From: Alistipes sp.
GTDB lineage: Bacteria; Bacteroidota; Bacteroidia; Bacteroidales; Rikenellaceae
NCBI GenBank assembly: GCA_048465795.1
Contig: DBFWKV010000033.1
Location: 598-64,597, forward strand
Direction of reading: 5' to 3'
Length of the DNA stretch: 64,000 nt
Shown here piece by piece: positions 1 to 10,126 of the stretch; position 1 is the first letter of the stretch, and each line of letters opens with the position of its first letter. Position numbers and translations under genes: made by a program. Under the pieces are notes generated by a model. That model saw nothing but the letters and a program-made list of their open reading frames with translations, was not told where the DNA came from and did no database searches.

Positions 1-20
1 GTAAAAGAACTGAAAATCCG

Positions 21-269
21 CTAAGACATTCCTTCGGCTGCGTCGTCGAGCATTCCCCCGATTTTGTGCATGGCGTAGCCCAATGCCATCAGTCCTGCCT
101 GGAAACGGGCCTGACGTTTGAGCCATTCCAGGTCGGTGCCCGGACGTGCGGCTTCGTCGAAGGCGCGGTATAACCATTGCAGCCCGTTGTCGAAACTGGG
201 GTCTTCGAATACGTCTTTCAGTTTGTCGAGGTCTTCCGCCGACAGGTAGTCCTTTCCTTGTTTTGTCAT
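21..269 (-). CDS. Small hypothetical protein (82 aa)
   Basis: ATG after an A-rich leader (gaaactcaat), protein-like composition, downstream of a TTTG-N19-TACCTTTG promoter. Confidence 0.6.
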   Translation of the reverse strand: MTKQGKDYLSAEDLDKLKDVFEDPSFDNGLQWLYRAFDEAARPGTDLEWLKRQARFQAGLMALGYAMHKIGGMLDDAAEGMS

Positions 270-310
270 ATTGAGTTTCGTTTGCCTGCTGTACCTTCAG
301 GCGCCTGTCC

Positions 311-458
311 AAAAAAAGAGAGTGGTACTGAATACTGTCTGGCTCAGGTTCTTGGAATTACCTATAACATTCAATAGACAATACGCACCCTCCGGGGGTG
401 CGATCGTTTACCAACATTATTTCAAATTTTCCAAGATTCGAACCAGAAGTAAACTCTC
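311..458 (-). ncRNA. Candidate structured leader RNA/attenuator upstream of the 82-aa ORF
   Basis: Imperfect long inverted repeat 318-357 vs 429-458, inner hairpin 384-402, U7 tract at 311-317 on the minus strand. Confidence 0.45.
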
Positions 459-522
459 GATAGTATAATTTAAATATGTAAGAACGCTTTCGGAAGTGGC
501 CTCAGGGGACTTTGGTCGGCGG

Positions 523-553
523 CAAAGGTAGAAAGAAATCCGATACAGGCAAA
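523..553 (-). promoter_or_regulatory. Bacteroidetes sigma70-type promoter (-33 TTTG / -7 TACCTTTG)
   Basis: caaa at 550-553 and caaaggta at 523-530 on +, 19-nt spacer. Confidence 0.6.
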
Positions 554-984
554 ATTTCACTCCGTAGGATCGTGGGATACGGCAAAAGGTGGTCCCGTAA
601 TGATACGAAGCCGCCTCTTTATGCTATCCGCTTGCGTCGCAGGGGCTTCTGGCGTTTTGCCGTGGTTCCGCCGCACTGCTCGCCTGGGGCGTCCGTACCT
701 GAGGCGCTGCGGGTTTTGTGCGGGGCGAACGAATTTCGTCCCGACTTCCGGGTGCGGAAGTGGCGTGGTGCTGGGTGCCTGCGGGAAGTATCCTGCGTTC
801 GGATGTTGCAGTTGCGCCGCATTCGCTTCGCTCATCCCGTGCGGCGCGACTTCCGGGCGGGAGTGGCGTACGGCCTGAAAAATCCCTGTGGGAATAGACC
901 CGAAAAAGAGAGCGACTGTTCATGCAAGCATGACGTCGCTCTCTTTTCCAGCTCCAGCCTTCCGGCTTTTTTCGGGCCGTGCGT

Positions 985-1548
985 CTACTTCTTGTTGAAG
1001 AAGTTCATCGTCCTTTCGCAGCCGATGGTCGTGAACGAGAGGATTGCATCTCCGAAGACCTTGAGCCGTTCGGGCAACGCCTTGCGCTCCTCGTCCGACC
1101 ACTCGCCCAGTACGTAGTCCACCTGGTGACCCCGGGGAAAGTCGCCGCCCACGCCGAAACGCATTCGGGCATATTCCTCCGTACCGAGCAGTTCGGCGAT
1201 GTTCTTCAATCCGTTATGCCCGCCGGCACTCCCTTTGGGCCGCATGCGCAGCGTCCCGAACGGCAGGGCGATGTCGTCCGAGACGACCAGCAGGTTTTCA
1301 AGGGGAATTTTCTCCTGTTCGAGCCAGTAACGGACGGCCTTGCCCGAAAGGTTCATGTAGGTCGAAGGCTTGAGCAGCAACAGCGTGCGGCCCTTGTGCT
1401 TCATTTCCGCCACGGCCCCGTAACGACCGGTCGTAAAAACAGCGTTGGACGCCCCTGCAAGGGCGTCCAACACGTTAAAACCGATGTTGTGACGGGTTTC
1501 GGCATACTCCTGGCCGATGTTCCCCAACCCAACAATGAGGTATTTCAT
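985..1548 (-). CDS. pth: Peptidyl-tRNA hydrolase
   Basis: [24 protein letters not shown] and GGHNGLK motifs; next to rplY. Confidence 0.97.
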   Translation of the reverse strand: MKYLIVGLGNIGQEYAETRHNIGFNVLDALAGASNAVFTTGRYGAVAEMKHKGRTLLLLKPSTYMNLSGKAVRYWLEQEKIPLENLLVVSDDIALPFGTLRMRPKGSAGGHNGLKNIAELLGTEEYARMRFGVGGDFPRGHQVDYVLGEWSDEERKALPERLKVFGDAILSFTTIGCERTMNFFNKK

Positions 1549-1558
1549 ACGCTATCGG

Positions 1559-2131
1559 TTATTTCCCGGGAGCGTCGGCACCGCGCGATGCACGCGTAAC
1601 GCGCACGGCGCACACGGCCGTCGTTGCGGGAGTCACGAACTTCAGGCTGTCGAACTTCAGGTCGCCGACGAAGATGGTCTTGCCCACGCCCAGTTCCGTC
1701 ACGTCGACCACGATCTCGTCGGGCAGCTTGTCCACCAGGGCGCTCACCACGAGTTTACGGGCCGAAAGCACCAGCTTGCCGCCGACCTTCACGCCTTCGG
1801 CATTACCGGTCAGGCGTACGGGAATGGCGATCGATACGGGTTTACCCTCCTGGATGCGGTAGAAATCGAGGTGGAGAATCTCCTCGCGGATCGGGTGATA
1901 CTGCGCCTCACGCAGTACGGCCAGCTCTTTCTTGCCGTCCAGGTCGAACTCCACGATGTAGGAGTTGGGGGTGTAAATCAGGGGTTTCACGTCTTTGGGG
2001 TCGACCGAGAAGGTCGTCGTCTCGCCGTTGCCGCACAGTACGCAGGGTACCATGCCTTCGCGGCGTACCGCTTTGGCTGCCTTTTTGCCGAAGCTGTCAC
2101 GCTTCGTTGCCTGAATCGAAATGGTTTTCAT
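1559..2131 (-). CDS. rplY: 50S ribosomal protein bL25/Ctc
   Basis: GKKAAKAVRREGMVP, QYHPIREEILHLDF, GVKVGG; conserved rplY-pth order. Confidence 0.96.
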   Translation of the reverse strand: MKTISIQATKRDSFGKKAAKAVRREGMVPCVLCGNGETTTFSVDPKDVKPLIYTPNSYIVEFDLDGKKELAVLREAQYHPIREEILHLDFYRIQEGKPVSIAIPVRLTGNAEGVKVGGKLVLSARKLVVSALVDKLPDEIVVDVTELGVGKTIFVGDLKFDSLKFVTPATTAVCAVRVTRASRGADAPGK

Positions 2132-2530
2132 AATTTTTTGTTGTTTAAGTTGTTACCTTCGGCGGTTCTCAGCCCGGCCCTGCCGGCCGTGCCCCAATTC
2201 CGCCTGCTTCGGGCGACAAAGGTAAGCCAAATAATTAAGAATTAAAAATGAAAGATTAAAAATCGTTTTTCGCCTGAATCATTTCCGGTTTGGATTTAAC
2301 CGCCTCACTTTTAACCGGTCGGACTAATAACGCATACAGAAAATGCACAGTTCCGGCGCCGCATCGGGCGTAACGGACATTCATTGCACGAGCAGTTGAC
2401 CGGCTGACAGCCCCGGTGTCCCGGTTCGGGAAAGATTCCGGGCGGGCCTTCTGTAAAAAAGGCGCGGTAATTGATAGGTGTACTGGAAGAAAAGTCCCTG
2501 TATATTTACCGAGCGTTTTTATGCAGGAAG

Positions 2531-2560
2531 GGCGTCCCGATTTTCGGGACGCCCTTTTTT
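2531..2560. terminator. Intrinsic terminator hairpin
   Basis: gggcgtcccga-ttt-tcgggacgccc followed by a T tract on +; 50 bp past the galE stop. Confidence 0.6.
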
Positions 2561-2608
2561 CGTTCGGTGTGATGGAGGCCGTGCCATCCGGATACCGTGC
2601 CGTCGCAG

Positions 2609-3637
2609 CTATTCGATGCCGCTCAGGCGCTTCTGCCACTTCCAGGCGGACTCAAGGGTCTCGTCCAGCTCCCGCTCCGCGTGCCAGCCCAGTTCGGTGT
2701 TGGCCAGCGTCGGATCGGCCCAGATCGCCGTGATGTCGCCCGGGCGGCGGCCGACGATCTTATAGTTGAGCTTCAGGTCGTTGACCGCCTCGAAACGCCG
2801 GATCAGCTCCAGCACCGAAACGCCGCGCCCAGTGCCGATGTTGAACACCTCGTAGCGCTCCTTGTTCTTCCCGTCGAGCATGCGGCGGATCGCCACCACG
2901 TGGGCTTTGGCCAGGTCGACCACGTCGATGTAGTCGCGGATGCACGATCCGTCGGGCGTGGGATAGTCGTCGCCGAAGACCGACAGGCATTCGCGGATGC
3001 CGGCGGCCGTCTGCGTGAGGTAGGGGATCAGGTTCTGCGGCACGCCGCGCGGCAGCTCGCCGATGAGCGCCGACGGATGGCCGCCGATAGGGTTGAAGTA
3101 GCGCAGGGCGATGCCCTTCAGCGAGTCGTAGGCCGCCACCGAGTCGCGCAGAATGTCCTCGCACATGGTCTTGGTGTTGCCGTAGGGCGATTCGGCCGGC
3201 TTGCGGGGCGTGCGCTCCGTGACGGGCTGCTTCTCCGGCTCGCCGTAGACGGTGCACGACGACGAGAAGACGATGTTTTCGCGTCCGAATTCCCGCATCA
3301 GGTCGATCACGTTCATAAACGAGACGAGGTTGTTGCGGTAGTATTTCATCGGTTCGCGCACCGATTCGCCGACGGCCTTCGACGCCGCGAAGTGGATCAC
3401 CGCGTTGAAATCGTACTGCCCGAAAACCTTGCGGAAGGCTTCGCGGTCGCAGCAGTCGACCTCGGCGAAGGGAATGTCGGCGCCGGTGATCCGGCGGATG
3501 CCTTCGAGGACGTTGGGGTCGCTGTTCGACAGGTTGTCGGCGATCACCACGTCGTAGCCCGCCCCGATCAGTTCGACGGCCGTATGCGAGCCGATGTATC
3601 CGGCGCCGCCGCTGACTAAAACACACTGTTTTTTCAT
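2609..3637 (-). CDS. galE: UDP-glucose 4-epimerase
   Basis: GGAGYIGSH, FSSSCTVYG, YGNTK, LRYFNP. Confidence 0.96.
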   Translation of the reverse strand: MKKQCVLVSGGAGYIGSHTAVELIGAGYDVVIADNLSNSDPNVLEGIRRITGADIPFAEVDCCDREAFRKVFGQYDFNAVIHFAASKAVGESVREPMKYYRNNLVSFMNVIDLMREFGRENIVFSSSCTVYGEPEKQPVTERTPRKPAESPYGNTKTMCEDILRDSVAAYDSLKGIALRYFNPIGGHPSALIGELPRGVPQNLIPYLTQTAAGIRECLSVFGDDYPTPDGSCIRDYIDVVDLAKAHVVAIRRMLDGKNKERYEVFNIGTGRGVSVLELIRRFEAVNDLKLNYKIVGRRPGDITAIWADPTLANTELGWHAERELDETLESAWKWQKRLSGIE

Positions 3638-4352
3638 GTGAATGTTGTTTTATCGAACGTTTCCGACGTGCTGGACAGCGAACGAATAAGGTCCGGCCTG
3701 TGCCGCGCGTGAAAAACGTCTGTTGTAAACGTACGTTGTTCCGGGGTACCCATCCTTGTGCGTCTCCGGTTTGCCGTTTGCATCATACCCTGCCGTTGGG
3801 GGCACCGGTGCCGGTCGGATTTCACCCGCTTCGACGGTCGGTTCGGCCGCCGAACAGGTCACTGTAACCCGCGCTTCCCTTTTCTTGTAGACAAGGGTGC
3901 GGTCGGCTTCCAGAATCGGGCTTGCCGACCCGTTGTCTGCCCCTCCCACGGTTTTTCCATCCCGGCGTGTCGTCCTTCCCGGAAAGGTCGATGATGATCC
4001 GGTCACGATGCAGCAGGACGGTCCGTGAGGGGATCGCGCGTTTCCCGTTTTTCCGTTACGGCGAAGGTTTGTTCCATCCGTTTTCAGACGGCCCGTCCGG
4101 CCGAATCGTCTACAAAGGTAAAAAAATAATGCCGCCGATGCGCAAACAGAGGTTGTTTTTCTCTCGCTGCGGTTTCCGGTTCGTGTTTGGAGTGGGCGCA
4201 TGTGCGGAACGGATTCCTCGAATTTATCGAAAAACGATAAATATTTTTTGTCAATCAGGGAGATTAGACTATATTTGCCGTAATTAACTGCATTCAATCG
4301 GGGAGCGTGGCGGCAAAACCCGGTTGAACGGCAAAACCAAACATTCGAGATT

Positions 4353-5273
<921 letters not shown>

Positions 5274-5274
5274 G

Positions 5275-5400
5275 AATGGAGAATTGAAAATGGAAAATGG
5301 AAAATGGAAAATTGAAAATGGAAAGGTGAACCGACGCGGCAGGCGAGGGCAGAGGCCGAACGGGAGCAAAGTCAAGCCGCCGAAGGCGGATTAAAAGTGA
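5275..5400 (+). repeat. GAAAATG heptamer tract plus a degenerate REP-like repeat copy
   Basis: (gaaaatg)n at about 5275-5330, then gaaccgacgcggcaggcgagggcagag...gccgaaggcggattaaaa, also seen at about 23940-23990 and 60920-60960. Confidence 0.75.
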
Positions 5401-5508
5401 AGATGGAATACCTGTTTCCGGTAAGAGCGGCGGCGCGAGGATAAAGCCGGGACTTTGCCCGATGAAGAGAATCACGGTAAAAAACGAAAAAATCAAGTCT
5501 TAATAAAT

Positions 5509-6831
5509 ATGTCGAACATCTCCCTGATTATCGGCCGCGAATTCAACGAGCGCGTGCGGAAAAAGTCCTTCATCATCACCACGCTGCTGATGCCTGTGCT
5601 GCTGGTGGGCCTTATGGCCGCCCCGGCCCTCATCATGCAATATTCGCGCGGCGAGCAGAAACGGATCGCCGTCATCGACGACAGCGGCCTGGTGGCCCCG
5701 CACCTCGAGAGCGGCGAGGAGATCGTTTTCGAACCGACCGACCTCACGGCGGACGAGGCCCGCAAGTTGCTGACGGATTGCTTCGGCGTGCTCTATATCG
5801 GACGCGACGTGCTGGCGAATCCCGGCAATGTGAAACTTTACGCCAACGCCTCTTCGTCGATGGCGCTCGAGGAGACGATCACCGGCCAGATCGAACGCAT
5901 CCTCGAAGCCGAAAAGCTCAAGGCCTACCATATCGACAACCTCCCTCAGATTCTTGCGGAGGTGAAGACTACGGTGCATCTGCAGACCTTCCGCAACGAC
6001 GAGTCGCAGGTCGGAGAGTCGCAGGCCCGCTCGTCGATGGTCGCCACGGCTGCGGGATTCATCCTGGGCATGATGCTCTACATGTTCCTGCTGCTGTACG
6101 GCATGATGGTGATGCAGTCGGTGATCGAGGAGAAGCAGAACCGCGTGCTGGAGGTGATGGTCTCGTCGGTGCGGCCCTTCGATCTGATGCTGGGCAAGAT
6201 CCTCGGCGTGGCGTGCGTCGCGCTGGTGCAGGTGGTGCTGTGGGGCGTGCTGGTCGTGGCGGTGGGAACGCTCGTGATGCCCCATCTGGTGCCTGCCGAC
6301 GTGATGCAGGGTGCCCGGGCGATGCAGGACGGGATGCCGGGAGCCGCCTCCGCTTCGGGACTCGATCCCGACATGTTGCAGGCCGTGTCGGCCATGACCG
6401 ACACGGGGTATATTCTTAAAATCTTCGTCTGCCTCATACTGTTCGTCTTCGGCGGCTACCTGCTTTACTCGGCGATGTTCGCCGCCGTGGGGTCGAGCGT
6501 CGACAGCATTCAGGATGCCCAGCAGCTGCAGACCCCCATCACCATTCCGATCATCCTCTCGCTGCTGGTGATGATGGCCGTGATGAACGATCCCAATTCG
6601 TCGCTGGCCTTCTGGTGCTCGCTGATCCCCTTCACGTCGCCTGTGGTGATGATGGCCCGCATTCCGTACGGCATTCCGTGGTGGGAGGTGGCGCTCTCGC
6701 TGGCAATCCTCTATGCGTCGTTCGTCGGCATGGTGTGGTTTGCGGCGAAGATTTACCGCGTCGGAATTTTCATGTACGGCAAGAAGCCGTCCCTGCGGGA
6801 GCTTGTGAAGTGGATGCGGTATAAATATTGA
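5509..6831 (+). CDS. ABC-2 transporter permease (NatB/YhaP-like)
   Basis: IIGREFNERVRKKSF start, IEEKQNRVLEVMVSSV, GKILG, multiple TM segments. Confidence 0.9.
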   Translation: MSNISLIIGREFNERVRKKSFIITTLLMPVLLVGLMAAPALIMQYSRGEQKRIAVIDDSGLVAPHLESGEEIVFEPTDLTADEARKLLTDCFGVLYIGRDVLANPGNVKLYANASSSMALEETITGQIERILEAEKLKAYHIDNLPQILAEVKTTVHLQTFRNDESQVGESQARSSMVATAAGFILGMMLYMFLLLYGMMVMQSVIEEKQNRVLEVMVSSVRPFDLMLGKILGVACVALVQVVLWGVLVVAVGTLVMPHLVPADVMQGARAMQDGMPGAASASGLDPDMLQAVSAMTDTGYILKIFVCLILFVFGGYLLYSAMFAAVGSSVDSIQDAQQLQTPITIPIILSLLVMMAVMNDPNSSLAFWCSLIPFTSPVVMMARIPYGIPWWEVALSLAILYASFVGMVWFAAKIYRVGIFMYGKKPSLRELVKWMRYKY

Positions 6832-6852
6832 TTTCGCGCAAAATCCTGTGTC

Positions 6853-6880
6853 GAGGCCCGGAAATCCGGGCCTCTTTGTT
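6853..6880 (+). terminator. Intrinsic terminator
   Basis: gaggcccgga-aa-tccgggcctc + tttgtt after the permease stop. Confidence 0.7.
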
Positions 6881-6899
6881 GGGTTGCCCATCGTCGGGA

Positions 6900-7200
6900 C
6901 AGGCGGAGGTTCGGCAAAATGCAAACGAGTTTGCTTTTGCACTCGGCTTGCATGATCTTTATCGGGGACAAGCCCCGATTCAGATCGGCTGCGCCTCGGC
7001 AATGCTCAAATGAATTTGGCATTGCGCTCACCTTGCACTATCTTTACAGAACATAGGCTGCGGTTCGGGAGTGCTCAAATAAATTTGGCACTCCTCTCAC
7101 CTTGCACGATCTTTATCGGGGACAAGCCCCGATTTAGACAGGCTGCGGTTCGGCAAAATGCAAACGAGTTTGCTTTTGCTCTCACCTTGCACTATCTTTG
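6900..7200 (+). repeat. Array of four ~60-bp bulged-hairpin repeat units with two identical spacer hairpins
   Basis: Units at about 6900, 6987, 7055 and 7140 (ggctgcg.ttcgg-hairpin-ctcaccttgcac.atcttt); atcggggacaagccccgat at 6961 and 7115. Confidence 0.85.
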
Positions 7201-7205
7201 ACCCG

Positions 7206-10124
7206 ATGAGGGAGTCGAAATTCGTCAGAACCAAGATCGTCGCGGGCTACCTCGTGCTGCTCGCGGTGTTGTTCTTTTCGGTAAGCTATGTTTACCGGAC
7301 GGTGGTGCGCGTGTCGGCCGAAGACGACGCTTATGCCCAATTGCAGTCGCGTCACAACCTGGTCAGCCAGACCCTCTACCGGCTCTATCAGGCCGAGAGT
7401 TACGGGCAGTTGATGCTCGCCGGCTATCAGTCCTACGAGCGGCTCTACCGCCGCGAGCTGAACACCGTGCGGTCGTGCATCGACTCCCTGCGGCGCCTGG
7501 GCGGGCAGGATTCGCTCCGGACCGACCGCCTGGACAGCATCGCGCGCCTGGTCGACGACAAGGAGCGCCGCACCACCCGCCTGCGCCGCAGTATTCGTTC
7601 GGGCGGCACGGCGGGTCTGCTGGACAAGAATATCGAGGAGCTGATCCGTTTCGCCGACACGCTGCCCGCGCTCGACGCCCCCGCCCCGCCTGCGGCCGAG
7701 ACCGTCGTGCAGGACACGATGCGCATCCCGAAACGCAAGCGGCGCTTCTTCCGCCGCGTGGCCGACCTGTTCAGCCCGCCGAAGGAGGATTCGAGTGTCG
7801 TCATCTCGCGGCGTATCGTGGTCGACACGCTTCCCGATGCCGCCGACCTGCGCGACACGATCACCACGGTGCTGCGCTCGCTGCAGGACCGGGTCACCGG
7901 AGAGCGGCTCGAAATCTACGAAAAGGCCTGGAACGAGGGCCAACGGCTCCGGTACAGCAACGACCTGGTCAACGCCCAGATCTACCGGCTCATCACCGAC
8001 TTCGAGCAGGAGGAGAGCGCCTACCTGCTGCGCCGCGTCGAAGAGGCTGCGGCCCTGCGACGTCGCTCGTCGCAGGTGCTCGGCGCCATGACGATCGGTG
8101 CCGTGGTGCTGATGCTGCTGTTCGTGGCCGTGCTATGGCGCGACGTGAGCCGCAGCAACCGCTACAAACGCCGGTTGGAGCAGGCTAACCGCGAAAAGCA
8201 GGCGCTGCTCGACGCGCGCGAGCAGCTGATGCTCGCCATCACGCACGACATCAAAGCCCCGTTGGGAACGATCATGGGCTATCTCGACCTGCTGACCCGC
8301 CTGGGCGGCAGCCGGCGCGAGGCGCTCTACCTGGAGCGGATGCGGGGTGCCTCGGAGCATCTGCTGGCGCTCGTGAACAGCCTGCTGGACTTCTACCGCC
8401 TCGACATCCGCAAGGTCGATCTCAACCGCGTGGCCTTCAGCCCGGCGCAACTGTTTTCGGAAATCGGGTCGGGGTTTGCGCCCGCAGCGGAGGCAAAGGG
8501 GCTGACCCTGCAGGCGAAGATCGCGCCCGAAGCCGTGCGTCCGGTCGTGGGCGATGCGTTCCGCATCCGGCAGATCGCTGACAATCTCCTGTCCAATGCG
8601 CTGAAATTCACGGATAAGGGTTCCGTCATGCTGCGTGTCGACCGCGCGCCCGGGCGGCTCGTGTTCCGTGTCGAGGACACCGGGCGGGGCATCGGCCGTG
8701 AGGAGAGGGAGCGCATCTTCCGGGAGTTCGTGCGTCTGCAGTCGGCGCAGGGGGTGGACGGCTTCGGCCTGGGCCTGTCGATCGTCGACCGGCTGGTGAA
8801 GCTGCTGGGCGGTACGATCGCACTCGAAAGCAGCCCCGGGCGGGGGACGACCTTCATCGTCTCGCTGCCCGTCGGCGAAGCGCCGGAGTTGCCGCAGGAG
8901 GCCGGGCCGGCCGGGAGCGGAGAACCGGCCTTGCCCGATACCGGGGAAGGGAATATGGGACCGGATGGGGCCGAAGCGTCGGCGTCGGGTGCCGACGGGA
9001 GCGCAGACACGGGACCTGCTGCGGAACAAGTCGCGGAATCTCCTGCCGAAAAACCTGCCGCACCACTTTCCGCCGCGAAGGTGAGCGCAGGACCTGACGA
9101 ACCCGATGTGTCGTCCTCGTCCGACGCCGGGAGAGCGGGCGCGGGACCTGCTGCGGAACAAGTCGCGGAATCCTTTGCCGGAGAACTTGCGGCGCCATCT
9201 GCCGTCGGAAAACCGGTTGCGGAATCCATTGCCCGTCAACCTGCCGCAGAATCTCCTGCCGGACAACCTGCTGCGGTGCCCGGCACCCGGGGGCCGTTTT
9301 GCACCGGCATCCGGCTGCTGCTGGTCGACGACGATCCGTTGCAGCTGGAGATGACGGCTGCCATGTGCCGTGCGGCTGGGATCGCCGCCGTGTGCTGCCC
9401 CGATCCCAGGCTGGCGGCGCGGCTGGCCGCGGAACACCCCTTCGACGCGGTGCTTACCGATATACAAATGCCCGGAACGGACGGGTTCGCCGTGCTGGCG
9501 GAAATCCGCGAATGCAAACCCGAACTTCCGGTGATTGCCGTGACGGCCCGCTCGGAGCGCAATTCGGCCGATTTCGCCGCCTGCGGCTTCGCGGAGTGCC
9601 TGCATAAACCGTTTTCAGCGCGGGAACTGACGCAGACGGTCTCTGCCGTCTGCGGCGGCAGAAACGACGGGCGGGCGGAGTTCCCTTGTGCCGAATCGAT
9701 AAAGTCCGCATCCGCCGCGCCCGAACCGAATCCCGCGCGGGGGGCGGAATCCGCGCCCGCCGCGTCCGCATCCTCCGAACCGGCACTCGCCGCACCCCGG
9801 TTCGAAGCGCTCACGGCCTTTGCGGGCGACGATGCCCGGGCGGCGCGGGAGATTCTGCGCTCGTTCGTCGAACAGAACACCGCAAACTGCCGCCTGCTCC
9901 GCGAAGCCGCCGCATCGGGCGACGCGGCCGCAATCCGCGCCGTGGCGCACAAGATGCTGCCGATCTTCACGATGCTCGCGCAGACGGCGCTTGCCGAAAA
10001 CCTGCGGAAGCTGGAAAACGCCCCGGAAAAAACCGGAGATGAAATGCGCCGCAATGTGGAGGAAGTGGCCGAAAAAGTGATGCATATCGTGCTGGAAGCG
10101 CAAAAAAAGTTAACTTTGCCGTAG
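7206..10124 (+). CDS. Hybrid sensor histidine kinase (2 TM, HisKA, HATPase, receiver, Hpt-like C-terminus)
   Basis: ITHDIKAPL H-box, NLLSNALKFT, DTGRGI, GFGLGL, LLVDDD...TDIQMP, AHKML. Confidence 0.93.
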   Translation: MRESKFVRTKIVAGYLVLLAVLFFSVSYVYRTVVRVSAEDDAYAQLQSRHNLVSQTLYRLYQAESYGQLMLAGYQSYERLYRRELNTVRSCIDSLRRLGGQDSLRTDRLDSIARLVDDKERRTTRLRRSIRSGGTAGLLDKNIEELIRFADTLPALDAPAPPAAETVVQDTMRIPKRKRRFFRRVADLFSPPKEDSSVVISRRIVVDTLPDAADLRDTITTVLRSLQDRVTGERLEIYEKAWNEGQRLRYSNDLVNAQIYRLITDFEQEESAYLLRRVEEAAALRRRSSQVLGAMTIGAVVLMLLFVAVLWRDVSRSNRYKRRLEQANREKQALLDAREQLMLAITHDIKAPLGTIMGYLDLLTRLGGSRREALYLERMRGASEHLLALVNSLLDFYRLDIRKVDLNRVAFSPAQLFSEIGSGFAPAAEAKGLTLQAKIAPEAVRPVVGDAFRIRQIADNLLSNALKFTDKGSVMLRVDRAPGRLVFRVEDTGRGIGREERERIFREFVRLQSAQGVDGFGLGLSIVDRLVKLLGGTIALESSPGRGTTFIVSLPVGEAPELPQEAGPAGSGEPALPDTGEGNMGPDGAEASASGADGSADTGPAAEQVAESPAEKPAAPLSAAKVSAGPDEPDVSSSSDAGRAGAGPAAEQVAESFAGELAAPSAVGKPVAESIARQPAAESPAGQPAAVPGTRGPFCTGIRLLLVDDDPLQLEMTAAMCRAAGIAAVCCPDPRLAARLAAEHPFDAVLTDIQMPGTDGFAVLAEIRECKPELPVIAVTARSERNSADFAACGFAECLHKPFSARELTQTVSAVCGGRNDGRAEFPCAESIKSASAAPEPNPARGAESAPAASASSEPALAAPRFEALTAFAGDDARAAREILRSFVEQNTANCRLLREAAASGDAAAIRAVAHKMLPIFTMLAQTALAENLRKLENAPEKTGDEMRRNVEEVAEKVMHIVLEAQKKLTLP

Positions 10125-10126
10125 CT

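Noticed and set aside
429..446. tRNA or att site suggested by GGTTCGAATC (minus strand)
   Set aside because: No acceptor, D or anticodon arms can be formed; the motif is part of the long stem
3650..4260. Coding potential in the long galE-ABC intergenic region (also 540-980, 51800-52110, 58490-58840)
   Set aside because: The ORFs lack recognisable motifs and I could not support a specific RNA structure
6900..7200. CRISPR array
   Set aside because: The variable parts are covarying hairpins and some recur, unlike acquired spacers
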